Of a stretch of DNA of 64,000 bases, positions 1-11,488 are shown piece after piece. Position numbers and translations under genes: made by a program. Source of the DNA: Heterodontus francisci (taxonomy: Eukaryota); NCBI RefSeq assembly GCF_036365525.1, contig NC_090378.1, positions 121,567,593 through 121,631,592 of the forward strand, given 5' to 3'. The notes below the pieces were generated by a model. The model ran no database searches, was not told the DNA's origin, and saw only the letters and a list, made by a program, of their open reading frames with translations. Numbering within the stretch: position 1 is the stretch's first letter; every line of letters starts with the position of its first letter.

Positions 1-216
1 CACCGTCACATCCCACAGTTATATATAATATATAATAATGGACACACAGTCCCACCTCCCGCACTGACACAACCCACAGTTATGTTTATTATATAATAAA
101 CAGACGGTGTGTTAAAACAGTTGCTTTAATCTCCAGTCTTTTCTGTCTGGGAAATATTTGCTGTTTTGTGCATTGCTGTCACATGTCTGGATCAGAGTGA
201 TGACACTAACATTTAC

Positions 217-317
217 CTGAACGGTGTGACGAATTGGGAAAGGATGGAGGAGTTTAGAGAGGACAAGGAGCTGCTGTCTTCATCAGTGAGAATTTCACAG
301 CTCTGGAGAGATGACAT
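217..317 (-). CDS. Putative first coding exon of an unidentified gene running off the left edge (MSSLQSCEILTDEDSSSLSSLNSSILSQFVTPF+AG)
   Basis: ATG at 317 in context GCAAAATGT; open frame to a strong donor CAG|GTAAAT at 217/216; TATA-like and AP-1 (TGAGTCA ~528) motifs upstream on the - strand. No homolog recognised. Confidence 0.3.
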
Positions 318-539
318 TTTGCTTCATTCGAATCTCTCTGGGTTCTGGTAGAGTCGCTTCATGAGCACAGACTAATTATTGCTCATTATTATAGACCCCC
401 CCCCACCCCACCCCACCCCACCCCAGGTCAGACACCCCAGGTCAGACACCCTAGGCTGCTGCAGTGCAAACCAGTTTCTTCTCATCTAATTGGCCCATGT
501 TTCCCCAATCAGCATTAAATTAAGAAATGAGTCATAACA

Positions 540-965
540 AATAAAACTGAAATCATAAATAGAAAGCAAACTGAACAAATTAAAGCCTGATGTTATTTTC
601 ACTATCCACTACACACTCCTGTCGCGGTGGTGCCCACCGCTGCCTGAAGGCCTCAAGTGACCCAGCAGACACCCCCTGCTCCTTCTCCAGGGTCACCCGG
701 GTGGGGCCAATGCCATGATAGATAGGCTGGCAGCCAGTGCCACCACCCCCACGGGTCCCATCCAACTCGGGCCTGTGGATGGACACCTTGGCCAGGCCCA
801 GGAGCAGACCCACGAGGAGGGGCCTCCAACCTGCCCACTCCCCTCTGCACTGGGTGGCCAAAGATCAGGAGCGTGGGCCTGATTTAGAACCAGAGGATGA
901 GAAGCAGCCCCTTCAAATAATGGAACAGGGGCCACAACCTCTCCCACTCCATGTAGACATGATCC
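540..965 (-). mobile_element. 3' fragment of a Tx1-like (L1 clade) non-LTR retrotransposon
   Basis: Peptides LLVGLLLGLAKVSIHR and RVTLEKEQGVSAGSLEAFRQRWAP match the ORF2 C-terminus of the Tx1 element at 14328-14984. Confidence 0.85.
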
Positions 966-1222
966 ACTGACTCTGAAACTCACTGTTTTCAAATGGTCCA
1001 TGAGGAAGACCAGAGTCAGCAACAGAAACATCACATTTACAGAAACACTCCTCCCCTTTTTTCCAGGGCACAGGCAGGTGAGCTCGGTTTGCTGGGAGAT
1101 TTTCATTTTCCAGGAATTGAGTGGCTCCAGGCTTTTCCATCTGATGTGGTGGGAAGAGCAGCTGGAAGATTTATCATCGACAAGTAGAATTCCCAACTTT
1201 CCCAAGCACGGCAGCATGGAAT

Positions 1223-1622
1223 TCAGACAGAGAGAGAGAGTGAAACAGAGACAGCAGGAGAGAGAGAGAAACAGAGACAGTGGGAGAGAGAGAATGACAG
1301 AAAGAGAGACAGTGGGAGAGAAACAGAGACAGTGGGAGAGAGAGAATGACAGAAAGAGAGACATTGGGAGAGAGACAGTGGGAGAGAGAGAACGAGACAG
1401 TGGGAGAGAGAGAAAGTGAGAAAAACAGAGACAGTGGGAGAGAGAGAGAGAGAGGGTGAAAGAGTGAGATCGACAGAGGGGACAGAGAGAGACAGAGTGA
1501 GAATCATCCAGCGAGAGAGAGAGCTAGAGTAACAGAGGAGAGAGTCAGAGTGAGAGATAGAGAGAGACAGGGAGAGAAATTCAGAGAGAGAGAGAGCGCA
1601 AGAGGGACACATTGAGAGAGAG
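1223..1622. repeat. (GA)n-rich low-complexity tract
   Basis: GAGAGACAGTGG-type degenerate repeats. Confidence 0.9.
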
Positions 1623-1639
1623 ATGGCTGCATGTTCCAG

Positions 1640-2378
1640 TGGACATTGGGACCCTGACGTTGGGCCTATATGAGGGTCCCAAGCCTGCCCATGTCATCAA
1701 CACTCGCCGGGGCAACCCTCTGGGAGGCAGCCTGCTAATTGATCACCTCCACATTCACTGTCCTATTAATGATGGCAGTCTGGCTCTGAGGCTGTAGGCC
1801 CAATCAGAGGGCCTTCAGTGATGTCAGACCGGCTGCCTCACCAGGAGAGGTGGGCCCTGCTGAAACAGGCAGGCGAGGGCCCCTCAACATGAAGATGCCC
1901 TCGGCTGCCTGCAGAGGAGTAATAAAATAATGAGGCCTGAAGCCAGTAGGACCATCAGGTTGGAGGTGGCACCCCTCCACAGGATTATTCATGGGCAGGG
2001 CTGCAGCCGTTCATGCCTGTGGCTCTGTCATTGGGGCATGGAGTCTCCGGCTCCGATGGTCCCCTGGTCTGCTGCCGGAAGGCCACCTCCATTGAGCTGG
2101 GGGCTTCCACACTTGGGGGTGGGGAGGCCACTCCGACATTGGTAAAATACCAGCACCGGCTCAAAATGGCCCCTAAGTGGGGCCTTCATTGCTCTAATTG
2201 ACTGCCCGTCTCCATGTAACCAGCAGCCGACCTGGTTCCCAGTCCGCCCCTGGGAAAGTACCCCAGAGGCGGGAATGTGTCAGGGAGCTGTATCAAAGCA
2301 GCTCGCCCCTATTTTCCCAGTCGGCCCACCTCCAACCCAGAACCCCGCCTCCATGGCGCTGGGAAAATTTATCCCAGA
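1640..2378. mobile_element. GC-rich non-autonomous DNA-transposon-like repeat splitting the GA tract
   Basis: Abrupt GC-rich island between two GA tracts, ending GGGAAAATTTATCCC; similar in character to the island at 11754-12490. No clean TIR/TSD resolved. Confidence 0.45.
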
Positions 2379-2379
2379 C

Positions 2380-2765
2380 TGAGATAGATCTAGAGACAGA
2401 GAGAGAGAGAGAGCGAGCGTGTGGCAGAAACAGAGTAACAGGGGGAGAGAGAGAGAGAGAGAGACATAATGAGAAAAAACAGTGAGGGGGGATGGAATGT
2501 GAGAGAAACACAAAGAAGCAGAGACAGAGTGAAACACACAAAGAGCGACAAACAGGGAGAGAGAGAGATAGAAACACACACTCACCAAGACATAAACAGA
2601 GAAGCACACATAACGACAGAGACAAATAGATACATACAGAAAGCGAGAGAGAGAGAGACACACACTCACAGGTAAAGATACACAGAGAGACAAGCACACA
2701 GTGACAGTGAGAGACAGAGAGAGGGTGAGAGAATGAGTGAGTGACAGAGAGTAAGTGAAACAGAA
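2380..2765. repeat. GA/CA-rich low-complexity tract
   Basis: Degenerate (GA)n/(CA)n. Confidence 0.85.
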
Positions 2766-2777
2766 AGCAGAGGATAT

Positions 2778-3684
2778 AAAAACAAGAAATGCTTGAAATA
2801 CTCAGCAGTTCTGGCAGCATCTGTGGAGAAAGTAGCAGAGTCATTTCAGGTCAGTGACCCTGCAGAACGCGCAGAAATTAGAAATGTGAAAGGTTTTAAG
2901 CAAGTGAAGCGGGGATGCGGCAAGGGATAACAAAGGAGAAGGTGTAGATAGGACAAGGTCACAGAGAATAACCGACCAGAAGGTCATGGAACAAAGGCAT
3001 ACACTATGTTAATGGTGTGTTGAAAGACAAAGCATTAGTACAGATAGAATGTTAATGGACTGAAAACTGAACAGACACAAGTACAAACATGAAAAAAACA
3101 GTAGAAACAAACTAAAATAAAAACAAAAGAAAAGAAAAAATAACTAAAAATAAAAGTAAAATGGGGGGCCCGTCATGCTCTGAAATTATTGAACTCAATG
3201 TTCAGTCCGTAAGGCTGTAGTGTGCCAAATCGGTAAATGAGATGCTGTTCCTCGAGCTTGCGTTGATGTTCACTGGAACACTGCAGCAATCCCAGGACAG
3301 AGATGTGAGCATGAGAGCAGGGGAGAGTGTTGAAATGGCAAGCAACCGGAAGCTCGGGGTCCTGCTTTCAGACCGAGCAGAGGTGTTCCGCGAAGTGGTC
3401 ACCCAGCCTCCGTTTGATCTCCCCAGTGTAGAGGAGACCACATTATACTACATTGAAAGAAATACCAGTAAATCACTGCTTCACCTGAAAGGAGTGTTGG
3501 GGCCTGGGATAGTGAGGAAAGAGGAGGTAAAAGTGCAGGTATTACACCTCCTGCGTTTGCAGGGGAAGGTGCCATGGGAAGGGGACGAGGTGGTTGGGCT
3601 AATGGAGGAGTGGACCAGGGAATTGCGGAAGGAACGATCTTTTCAAAATACTGACAGAGGAAAGGAGGGGAAGATGTGTTTGGT
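2778..3684 (-). mobile_element. 5'-truncated Penelope-like retroelement (GIY-YIG endonuclease end plus 3' terminal repeat)
   Basis: - strand reads ..CGLLYTGEIKRRLGDHFAEHL..PVACHFN..RKLEEQHLIYRFGTLQPYGLNIEFNNF*. Flanked by direct repeat AGCAGAGGATAT (2766-2777 and 3689-3700; 15/16 match when extended). Confidence 0.88.
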
Positions 3685-3694
3685 AGAGAGCAGA

Positions 3695-3733
3695 GGATAT
3701 TGTACAGCACCTGCACTGGAAGCAGTCAGTGTG
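3695..3733 (+). promoter_or_regulatory. V(D)J recombination signal sequence, 23-bp spacer (J-RSS)
   Basis: Nonamer GGATATTGT (3695-3703; consensus GGTTTTTGT), exactly 23 nt of spacer (3704-3726), heptamer CAGTGTG (3727-3733; consensus CACTGTG) abutting the J coding sequence. A J with a 23-RSS is the kappa/sigma-type orientation. Confidence 0.92.
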
Positions 3734-3768
3734 GTTAACGTTCGGTAAAGGAACCAAGCTCAGACTGA
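3734..3768 (+). CDS. IGKJ: Immunoglobulin light-chain J segment (kappa-like), LTFGKGTKLRL
   Basis: FGxGTKL motif, preceded by the RSS and followed by a consensus donor A|GTAAGT (3769-3774); phase 1 matches the C exon acceptor. Confidence 0.95.
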
Positions 3769-4294
3769 GTAAGTAAACCCCAATCCTCTGTTATTAATCC
3801 TTTAAATACTGAAACTTTCTAAAACACAAATGCTGAATAGTGGAAGGTGTTAGTAAGGAGCTGCAGTCAATGAAATGGTTCATTGAAGAGCACTGTGTAT
3901 AACAGGGTGCCCAGCTGTATTTCTTTAGTTACATTCCCCCTTTAACCAGCAAGATATAAGTAACCAACTTTTACCGAGTGTGCAGAGGAGATCTGGACGT
4001 TTGCAGACTGTGGTCACATTCCTGCTCCATGGAGTGAAATCCCTCACTAGACTCCTGCCAGTCTCAGTGAGAGCTCTGGGTCTCTGTCACAGTCTCTGAT
4101 ATAACTGATCTCAGCACCAGCACAGGGAGATACCGAGGTCCCACCTCCCCCAGCTTTAACTCTGCTCTGTCCACTCCCTGCTTATCTCTTGTCAAAGTTC
4201 TGATGACAAACAGTGACAGCAGGGCTCCCAATCCAGTGGCTTCAGTGTCCCAGGGTTTTGGGGAGACTCTCAGTTGCTTTCTCTTTGGGTGAAG

Positions 4295-4510
4295 TTCAGG
4301 CAGATATTTATCTCTGAACCAACATCACTAAAAATGTTCATTTACCTCATCGGTGTTTGTGGGATCTTGCTGTGCACAAATTGTCTGCCACATTTCCGAC
4401 ATTCCAACAGTGACTGCTCTTTAAACAAGTCCTTCATTGTCTGTAAATGACTTTGGGAGGTCCTGAGGTGTGAAATACTCGATATAAATACAAGTCTTTC
4501 TTTTCTTTTT
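4295..4510 (+). mobile_element. Deu-domain SINE fragment (3' half)
   Basis: AACCAACATCACTAAAA..GGGATCTTGCTGTGCACAAATTG..AAATACAAGTCTTTC, similar to the copy at 4915-5300. Confidence 0.65.
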
Positions 4511-4914
4511 ATTAACCGGGAGCTCCCACAATACCCTGTTGATTAAAGCTGAACCCAGCAGAAAATCCACAGAAAACTGACTAATGTTTGTCTGATTTGT
4601 CTGTGTGTTTATTAGACATGACTGAGCAGATAGCAAGAGTTTCAGCAGCAACAAAGGTGTTACTCTAGTGCCCCTCCCACTTTCCCCATCGACTTACAAA
4701 ATACTTACAGGGAAAGGGCTCAGCACCTGCCATCGACTGGTTAAATGTCACCCCTCTAGACTACAGGTCTCCCGCAATCTGCTCTCCATCTCTCTCCTGA
4801 AGGCACTATCTCTGGCTGGGTCACAGCTCCACCCTCCCCAAGTGGCCTCATTCCTCCAAGTGTGAGCCGGGTGGTTGAGAATGGCAGGCTATTCGACTGT
4901 GAGGTTTTAGTGTT

Positions 4915-5300
4915 GTCTCAGTGGGTCGCACTCTCACCTCTGAGTCAGAATGTCGTGGCTTCAGGTCCTACTCCAGAGACTGGAGCACGTAATCCAGGCT
5001 GACACTGCAGTGCAGTATTGAGGGAGTGCTGCACTGTCAGAGGTGCTGTCTTTCAGTTGAGACAAACTGACGTCTGCCCTCTCAGGTGGATGTAAAGGAT
5101 CCCACTGCGCTATTAGAAGAGCAGGGGAGTTCTCCTCGGTGTTCTGGACAATGTTTATCACTCAACCAACAGCACTGAAAATCAGATTATCTGCTCATTA
5201 TCACTCAGCTGTCTGGGATCTTGCTGTGCACAATCAGCCGTAAAACACTTTGGGATATCCTGAGGTGGTGACAGGTGCTATAGAAATGCAAGTCTTTCTT
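4915..5300 (+). mobile_element. tRNA-derived DeuSINE (SacSINE1/AmnSINE1-like)
   Basis: tRNA-like head, Deu-domain core GTGGATGTAAAGGATCCC..AGAAGAGCAGGGGAGTTCTCC, tail ATAGAAATGCAAGTCTTTCTT. Confidence 0.75.
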
Positions 5301-5749
5301 TGAGTTTGGAGGCTCCTGATCCTGACCCTCGCGCACACTCTCACCTTCCTGGGGTCATGGGATCATTTGGAGCAGTGACCCTGCCTGACCCCAGTACACA
5401 GAAACTGATTATAACCTCACCCTTGACCTCACCCCAGTGCTCGGCAGGAAGCTTTCAAATGAAATCTAGAACCTTCTACACCGACACCCAACATGAATCC
5501 TTTCTGACATGTGTTGATACAAGTCTGCTCCAGTGTTCTCGGAGAAAGTTCTCCGGATGTGTGTGTGATCTGAGATTTGTTAACACTGAGCCTGTTTCCT
5601 CCGGATAGACTGATCTATAGTTCGAGCTTCCTGTCAGGTTAACAGTGTCTTAAAGGGACACTGAGTCTTTAAACACTCTTACTATTAACCATTTCAGTGC
5701 TGAATTGGTGATTAACCTTCATTAGAGACGTTTAAACAGAGAAACACAA

Positions 5750-7300
5750 AGATTTACCATTCGGCCCATGGTTTCCATGCCAGCTGAAAATGAGCTCACC
5801 AGCCTAATCCCACTTTCCAGCTCTTATTCCCATATCCCTGTAGGTTTCACCTCAAGTGCATATCCAAGTGTTTTTTTAAATGTAATGAGAGTTTCTGTCT
5901 CTACCATCCTTTCAGGCAGTGAGTTCCAGACCCCCAACACCCTCTGGGTGAAAATATTACTCCTCAATTCACCTCTCATCCTTCCACCAATTAATTTAAA
6001 TCTATGCCGCTGGGTTATTGACCTCTCTGCTGCGGGAAGTAGGTCCTTCCTATCCACTCTATCTAGGCCCCTCATAATTTTATACACCTCAATTAAATCT
6101 CCCCTCAGCCTCCTCTGTTCCAGAGATAACAATCCCAGCCGATCCTATCTTTCCTCATAGGTAAAATTCTCCATTCCTGGTAACATCCTCGTAAATCTCC
6201 TCTGTACCCCCTCTTGTTTGATCACATCCTTCCTGTAATGTGGTGACCAGAACTGTACACAGTTTTCTAGCTGTGGTCTAACTAGTGTTTTCTACAGTTC
6301 TGGCATAACCTCCTTACCCTTATACTCCAGGCCTCAGCGAATAAGGGCAAGCATCCCGTAAGCCTTCTTAACCACCTTATCTAGCTGTCCTGCTACCTTC
6401 AGGGATCTGTGGACATGAACTCCAAGGTCCCTCAGTTCCTCTACACTTCTCAGTATCATCCCATTTATTGGATATTCCTTTGCCTTGTTTGTCCTCCCCA
6501 AATGCATCACCTCACATTTCTCTGGACTGAATTCCATTTGCTATTTTTCTGCTCACCTGACCAGTCCATTGATATCTTCCTGCAGTCTACAGCCTTTTTC
6601 CTCATTATCAACCGCAAGGCCTATTTTTTATCATCAGCAAACTTCTTTATCATGCCTCCTACATTTAAATCTAAATCATTGATATATACTATAAATAACA
6701 GGGGACCCAGTACTGACCTGCAGAACCCCACTATAAACAGCTTTCCACTCACAAAAACACCCACCGACAATAAAACTTGGCTTCCTGTCACTGACTCAAT
6801 TTTGGATCCAATTTCCCATGGATCCCATGGGCTTTTAATTTTCTGATCAGTCTACCATGTGGGATCTTATCAAAAGCCTTGCTAAAATCCATGTGGACTA
6901 TATCAAACATGCTGCCCTCATTGACACTCCTTGTAACCTCAAGAAATGTAATCTAGTTTGTCAGACATGACCTCACTTAACAAATCCATGCTGACTGTCC
7001 TGAATTAATCCTGTGCTTCTCTAAATGATGGTTTTTACTGTCTCTCAGAACTTTTTCCAATAATTTTCCCGCTGCCGAGGTTATGCTGACTGATCTGTAA
7101 TTACTTGTTCCATCCATTCTTTCCTTTTTAAACAACAGTACAACATTAACAGTCCTCAGGCACCATGCCTTTAACCAGAGAGGATTGGAAAATGAGGATC
7201 AGAGCCTCCGCTATTTCTCCCATTGCTTCCTTTGCAGCCTGGGATACATTTCACCTGGGCCTGGTGATTTATCCATTTTCAAGGATGTGAAACACCTCAA
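5750..7300 (-). mobile_element. CR1 LINE, 3' part (continues at 9943-10903 and 13240-13402)
   Basis: SLEQRRLRGDLIEVYKIMRG, MEFSPEKCEVMHLGR and QHGF-region motifs; frameshifted. Confidence 0.92.
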
Positions 7301-9942
7301 AACACTCCCACAGGGGATGCTGAGACCAAGTGGGCCCACATCAGAGACGCCATCTATGAGTCAGCTTTGACCACCTACGGCAAAAGTGCGAAGATAAATG
7401 CAGACTGGTTTCAATCTCATAATGAAGAGCTGGAACCTGTCATAGCCGCTAAGCGCATTGCACTGTTGAACTACAAGAAAGCCCCCAGCGAGTTAACATC
7501 CGTAGCACTTAAAGCAGCCAGAAGCACTGAAATAAGAACAGCCAGGCGCTGCGCAAATGACTACTGGCAACACCTATGCAGTCATATTCAGCTGGCCTCT
7601 GACACAGAAAACATCAGAGGAATGTATGATGGCATTAAGAGAGCTCTTGGGCCAACCATCAAGAAGATCGCCCCCCTCAAATCTAAATGAGGGGACACAA
7701 TCACTGACCAAAGCAAGCAAATGGACCGCTGGGTTGAGCACTACCTGGAACTGTACTCCAGGGAGAATGCTGTCACTGAGATCGCCCTCAATGCAGCCCA
7801 GCCTCTCCCAGTTATGGATGAGCTGGGCATACAGCCAACCAAATCGGAACTCAGTGATGTCATTGATTCTCTAGCCAGCGGAAAAGCCCCTGGGAAGGAC
7901 AGCATTACCCCTGAAATAATTAAGAGTGCCAAGCCTGCTATACTCTCAGCACTACATGAACTGCTATGCCTGTGCTGGGACGAGGGAGCAGTACCACAGG
8001 ACATGCGCAATGCCAATATCATCACCCTCTATAAAAACAAAGGTGACCGCGGTGACTGCAACAACTACTGTGGAATCTCCCTGCTCAGCATAGTGGGGAA
8101 AGTCTTTGCTCGAGTCGCTCTAAACAGGCTCCAGAAGCTGGCCGAGTGCATCTACCCTGAGACACAGTGTGGCTTTCGTGCAGAGAGATCAACCATTGAC
8201 ATGCTGTTCTCCCTTCGTCAGATACAGGAGAAATGTCGCGAACAACAGATGCCCCTCGACATTGATCTCACCAAAGCCTTTGACCTCGTCAGCAGACGTG
8301 GTCTCTTCAGACTACTAGAAAAGATTGGATGTCCACCAAAGCTACTAAGTATCATCACCTCATTCCATGAAAGGCACAATTCAACATGGTGGCTCATCAG
8401 ACCCCTTTCCTATCCTGAGTGGCGTGAAACAGGGTAGTGTTCTCGCACCCACACTTGTTGAGATTTTCTTCTCCCTGCTGCTTTCACATGCGTTCAAGTC
8501 TTCGGAAGAAGGAATTTTCCTCCACGCAAGATCAGGGGGCAGGTTGTTCAACCTTGCCCGTCTAAGAGCAAAGTCCAAAGGCGGCACAGTGGCTAGCACT
8601 GCAGCCTCACAGCTCCAGGGACCCGGGTTCGATTCCGGGTACTGCCTGTGTGGAGTTTGCAAGTTCTCCCTGTGTCTGCGTGGGTTTTCTCCGGGTGCTC
8701 CGGTTTCCTCCCACATGCCAAAGACTTGCAGGTTGATAGGTAAATTGGCCATGATAAATTGTCATTAGTATAGGTAGGTGGCAGGGAAATATAGGGACAG
8801 GTGGGGATGTTTGGTAGGAATATGGGATTAGTGTAGGATTAGTATAAATGGGTGGTTGATGTTCGGCACAGACTCGGTGGGCCAAAGGGCCTGTTTCAGT
8901 GCTGTATCTCTAATCTAATCTAATCTATGGAAAGTCCTCATCAGGGAACTCCTCTTTGCTGACGATGCTGCTTTAACATCTCACACTGAAGAGTGCCTGC
9001 AGAGTCTCATCGACAGGTTTGCGGCTGCCTGTAATGAATTTGGCCTAACCATCAGCCTCAAGAAAACAAACATCATGGGGCAGGACGTCAGAAATGCTCC
9101 ATCCATCAATATTGGCGACCACGCTCTGGAAGTGGTTAAAGAGTTCACCGACCTAGGCTCAACTATCACCAGTAACCTGTCTCTAGATGCAGAAATCAAC
9201 AAGCGCATGGGTAAGGCTTCCACTGCTATGTCCAGACTGGCCAAGAGAATGTGGGAAAATGGCGCACTGACACGGAACACAAAAGTCCGAGTGTATCAAG
9301 CCTGTGTACTCAGTACCTTGCTCCATGGCAGCGAGGCCTGGACAATGTATGTCAGCCAAGAGCGACGTCTCAATTCATTCCATCTTTGCCTCCGGAGAAT
9401 ACTTGGCATCAGGTGGCAGGACCGTATCTCCAACACAGAAGTCCTCGAGGCGGCCAACATCCCCAGCTTATACACACTACTGAGTCAGCGGCGCTTGAGA
9501 TGGCTTGGCCATGTGAGCCGCATGGAAGATGGCAGGATCCCCAAAGACACATTGTACAGCGAGCTCGCCACTGGTATCAGACCCACCGGCCGTCCATGTC
9601 TCCGCTTTAAAGACGTCTGCAAACGCGACATGAAATCCTGTGACATTGATCACAAGTCCTGGGAGTCAGTTGCCAGCATTCGCCAGAGCTGGCGGGCAGC
9701 CATAAAGGCGGGGCTAAAGTGTGGCGAGTCGAAGAGACTTAGCAGTTGGCAGGAAAAAAGATAGAGGCGCAAGGGGAGAGCCAACTGTGTAACAGCCCCG
9801 ACAAACACATTTTTCTGCAACACCTGTGGAAAAGCCTGTCAGTCCAGAATTGGCCTTTATAGCCACTCCAGGCGCTGCTCCACAAACCACTGACTATCTC
9901 GAGAGACAATGGGTAAGCGCCTGGAGGTAAGGAGGCAAAGAG
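7301..9942 (+). mobile_element. RTE-clade (BovB-like) LINE, 5'-truncated, nested in CR1
   Basis: NYCGISLLSIVGKVF, QCGFRAERSTIDM, DLTKAFD, GVKQG, LFADD, RRLRWLGHV, C-terminal CxxC..H finger; degenerate flanking repeat GAAACACCTCAA / GAAAGACCTTAA. Confidence 0.92.
8580..8926 (+). mobile_element. HE1/V-SINE family tRNA-derived SINE inserted in the RTE RT region
   Basis: GGCGGCACAGTGG head, B box GGTTCGATTCC, V-core TGTGTGGAGTTTGCAAGTTCTCCC, CR1-type tail with (CTAAT)n. Confidence 0.92.
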
Positions 9943-10903
9943 GAAAGACCTTAATATTTCCTCCCTCACTAAGTTTATCCCATCCAAGATTTCACGCTCC
10001 TCCTCTTTAACTACAATGTCTGCTTTGTCACTCTCTGTGAAAAAAGGCACAAAGTATTCATTCAGAAACATGTCCACATCCTCCGCCTCCACACACAGGT
10101 TAGGCTTTTGGACTCTAATTGACCCCACTCTTTTCTTAGTGATTCTCCGGCTCTTTATGATTAAACATCTTTGGATTGTCCTTGAATTTATTAGCCAATA
10201 TTTTTTCATGTCCTCTCTTTGTTTCCCTAATTTCCTTTTCAATTTCACCCCTGAACTCTCTATACGCCTCTAAGTTTTCTGCAGTATCGAGCTCTCAGTA
10301 TCCGATATAAGTTTCCCTTTTGTACCTTATCCTACTGTGTATGCTCTTTACCATCTGCGGTAAATGGAGATTTGGGAGTCTCACCCTTTTTCTTTGTGGG
10401 AACATGTTTGTTCTGAGCCCTCACTATCTCCTCCTTGAATGCCTCCCACTGCTCTGACACTGATTTACCTTCAAGTAGCTGTTTCCAGTCTAATTCTGAC
10501 AAATCACATCTCAGCTTAGTAAAATTGGCCTTTCCCCAGTTTAAAACATTTACTCTTGGTCCATCTTTATCCTTTTCTATAACTGCTCTAAATCTAACTG
10601 AATTATAATCACTGCCACTAAAACACTCTCACATTGATCCCCTTCCACCTGCCCAGATTCATTCCTGAAAACTAAGTCCAGAACTGTATCTTCTCTTGTT
10701 GGTCTTTCTACTAACGAGAAAAGTTCTCCCGAATGTATTTTAGGAATTCTGCGCCCTCTGTACCTTTTATACTGAATTTATCCCAGTTAATATTTGGAAA
10801 GTTGAAATCCCCTCCTATTACTGGCCTGTTGTTTCTGCACTTTTCAGTAATTTGCCGACACATTTGCTCTTCTCTCTCCCTCTGACTGTTTGAGGGTCTA
10901 TAG
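9943..10903 (-). mobile_element. CR1 LINE middle part (endonuclease/linker)
   Basis: GGDFNFPNINW endonuclease motif; LNEYF..FT; colinear continuation of 5750-7300. Confidence 0.85.
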
Positions 10904-11035
10904 CAGGAGTCTGGAACCTGCGGCTCCGGAGCCACATGTGACTCTTTAACAGCTCATTTACAGCTGCCAACCTTTTCCAGTTGGATCACATTAACATGAA
11001 AAAGGCCGAAAAAAAATTAAATCAAGAAAATCAAG
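10904..11035 (+). mobile_element. hAT/Charlie-like transposon terminus
   Basis: CAGGAGTCTGGAACCTGCGGCTCCGGAGCCACATG resembles Charlie-type TIR/subterminal sequence; the other end was not resolved. Confidence 0.5.
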
Positions 11036-11039
11036 ACTC

Positions 11040-11297
11040 TGGGTACTGCCTGTGTGGAGTTTGCAAGTTCTCTCTGTGACTGCATGGGTTTCCTCCGGGT
11101 GCTCCGGTTACCTCCCACATGCTAAAGACTTGCGGGTTGGTAGGTAAATTGGCCATTGTAAAAATTGCCCCGAGTGTAGGTAGGTGAGAGGAAAAATCAA
11201 ATTAATGTAGGATTAGTATAAATGGGTGGTTGATGGTCCGTGCGGACTCGGTGGGCCAAAGGGCCTGTTTCAGTGCTGTATGACTCTATGACTCTCT
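11040..11297 (+). mobile_element. HE1/V-SINE, 5'-truncated
   Basis: Same V-core and tail as 8580-8926. Confidence 0.9.
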
Positions 11298-11488
11298 AAA
11301 AGTAAACCGTGTTTTTATTGTGGGGATAAAAGGCTAATCATTATATTGCACTTTATAGTTTCAAATGATTATTTAAATGAAAAGCATGATCATTGTCTAA
11401 ATGAACTTGTTTGAGTGGTACAGCTTCCATTGGAGGAACAGCTTTTATGTTTGTGACCATTATTGTTTCTAATATCACTGAGATGATA

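Noticed and set aside
1000-1222. ORF with LSGS..QLED as a possible degenerate V framework 3
   Set aside because: No YYC, no WYQQ, no credible RSS; the resemblance is at chance level.
2697-2724. Perfect heptamer CACAGTG upstream of J as a possible V 12-RSS
   Set aside because: The sequence 12 nt later is AGAGAGAGG, not a nonamer; it lies in CA/GA low-complexity DNA with no V coding sequence before it.
3242-3748. 168-aa + strand ORF ending at J as a germline-joined V
   Set aside because: It is the antisense of the Penelope endonuclease, is out of frame with J, and the RSS is still present.
3900-4740. kB-like (GTGAAATCCC, 4034) and E-box (CACCTG, ~4724) sites as an intronic kappa enhancer
   Set aside because: Short, scattered motifs expected by chance; not supportable without conservation data.
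8580-8640. A/B-box sequences (also near 27420-27480 and 47990-48056) as tRNA genes
   Set aside because: They are SINE/LINE heads continuous with repeat bodies and do not form complete cloverleafs.
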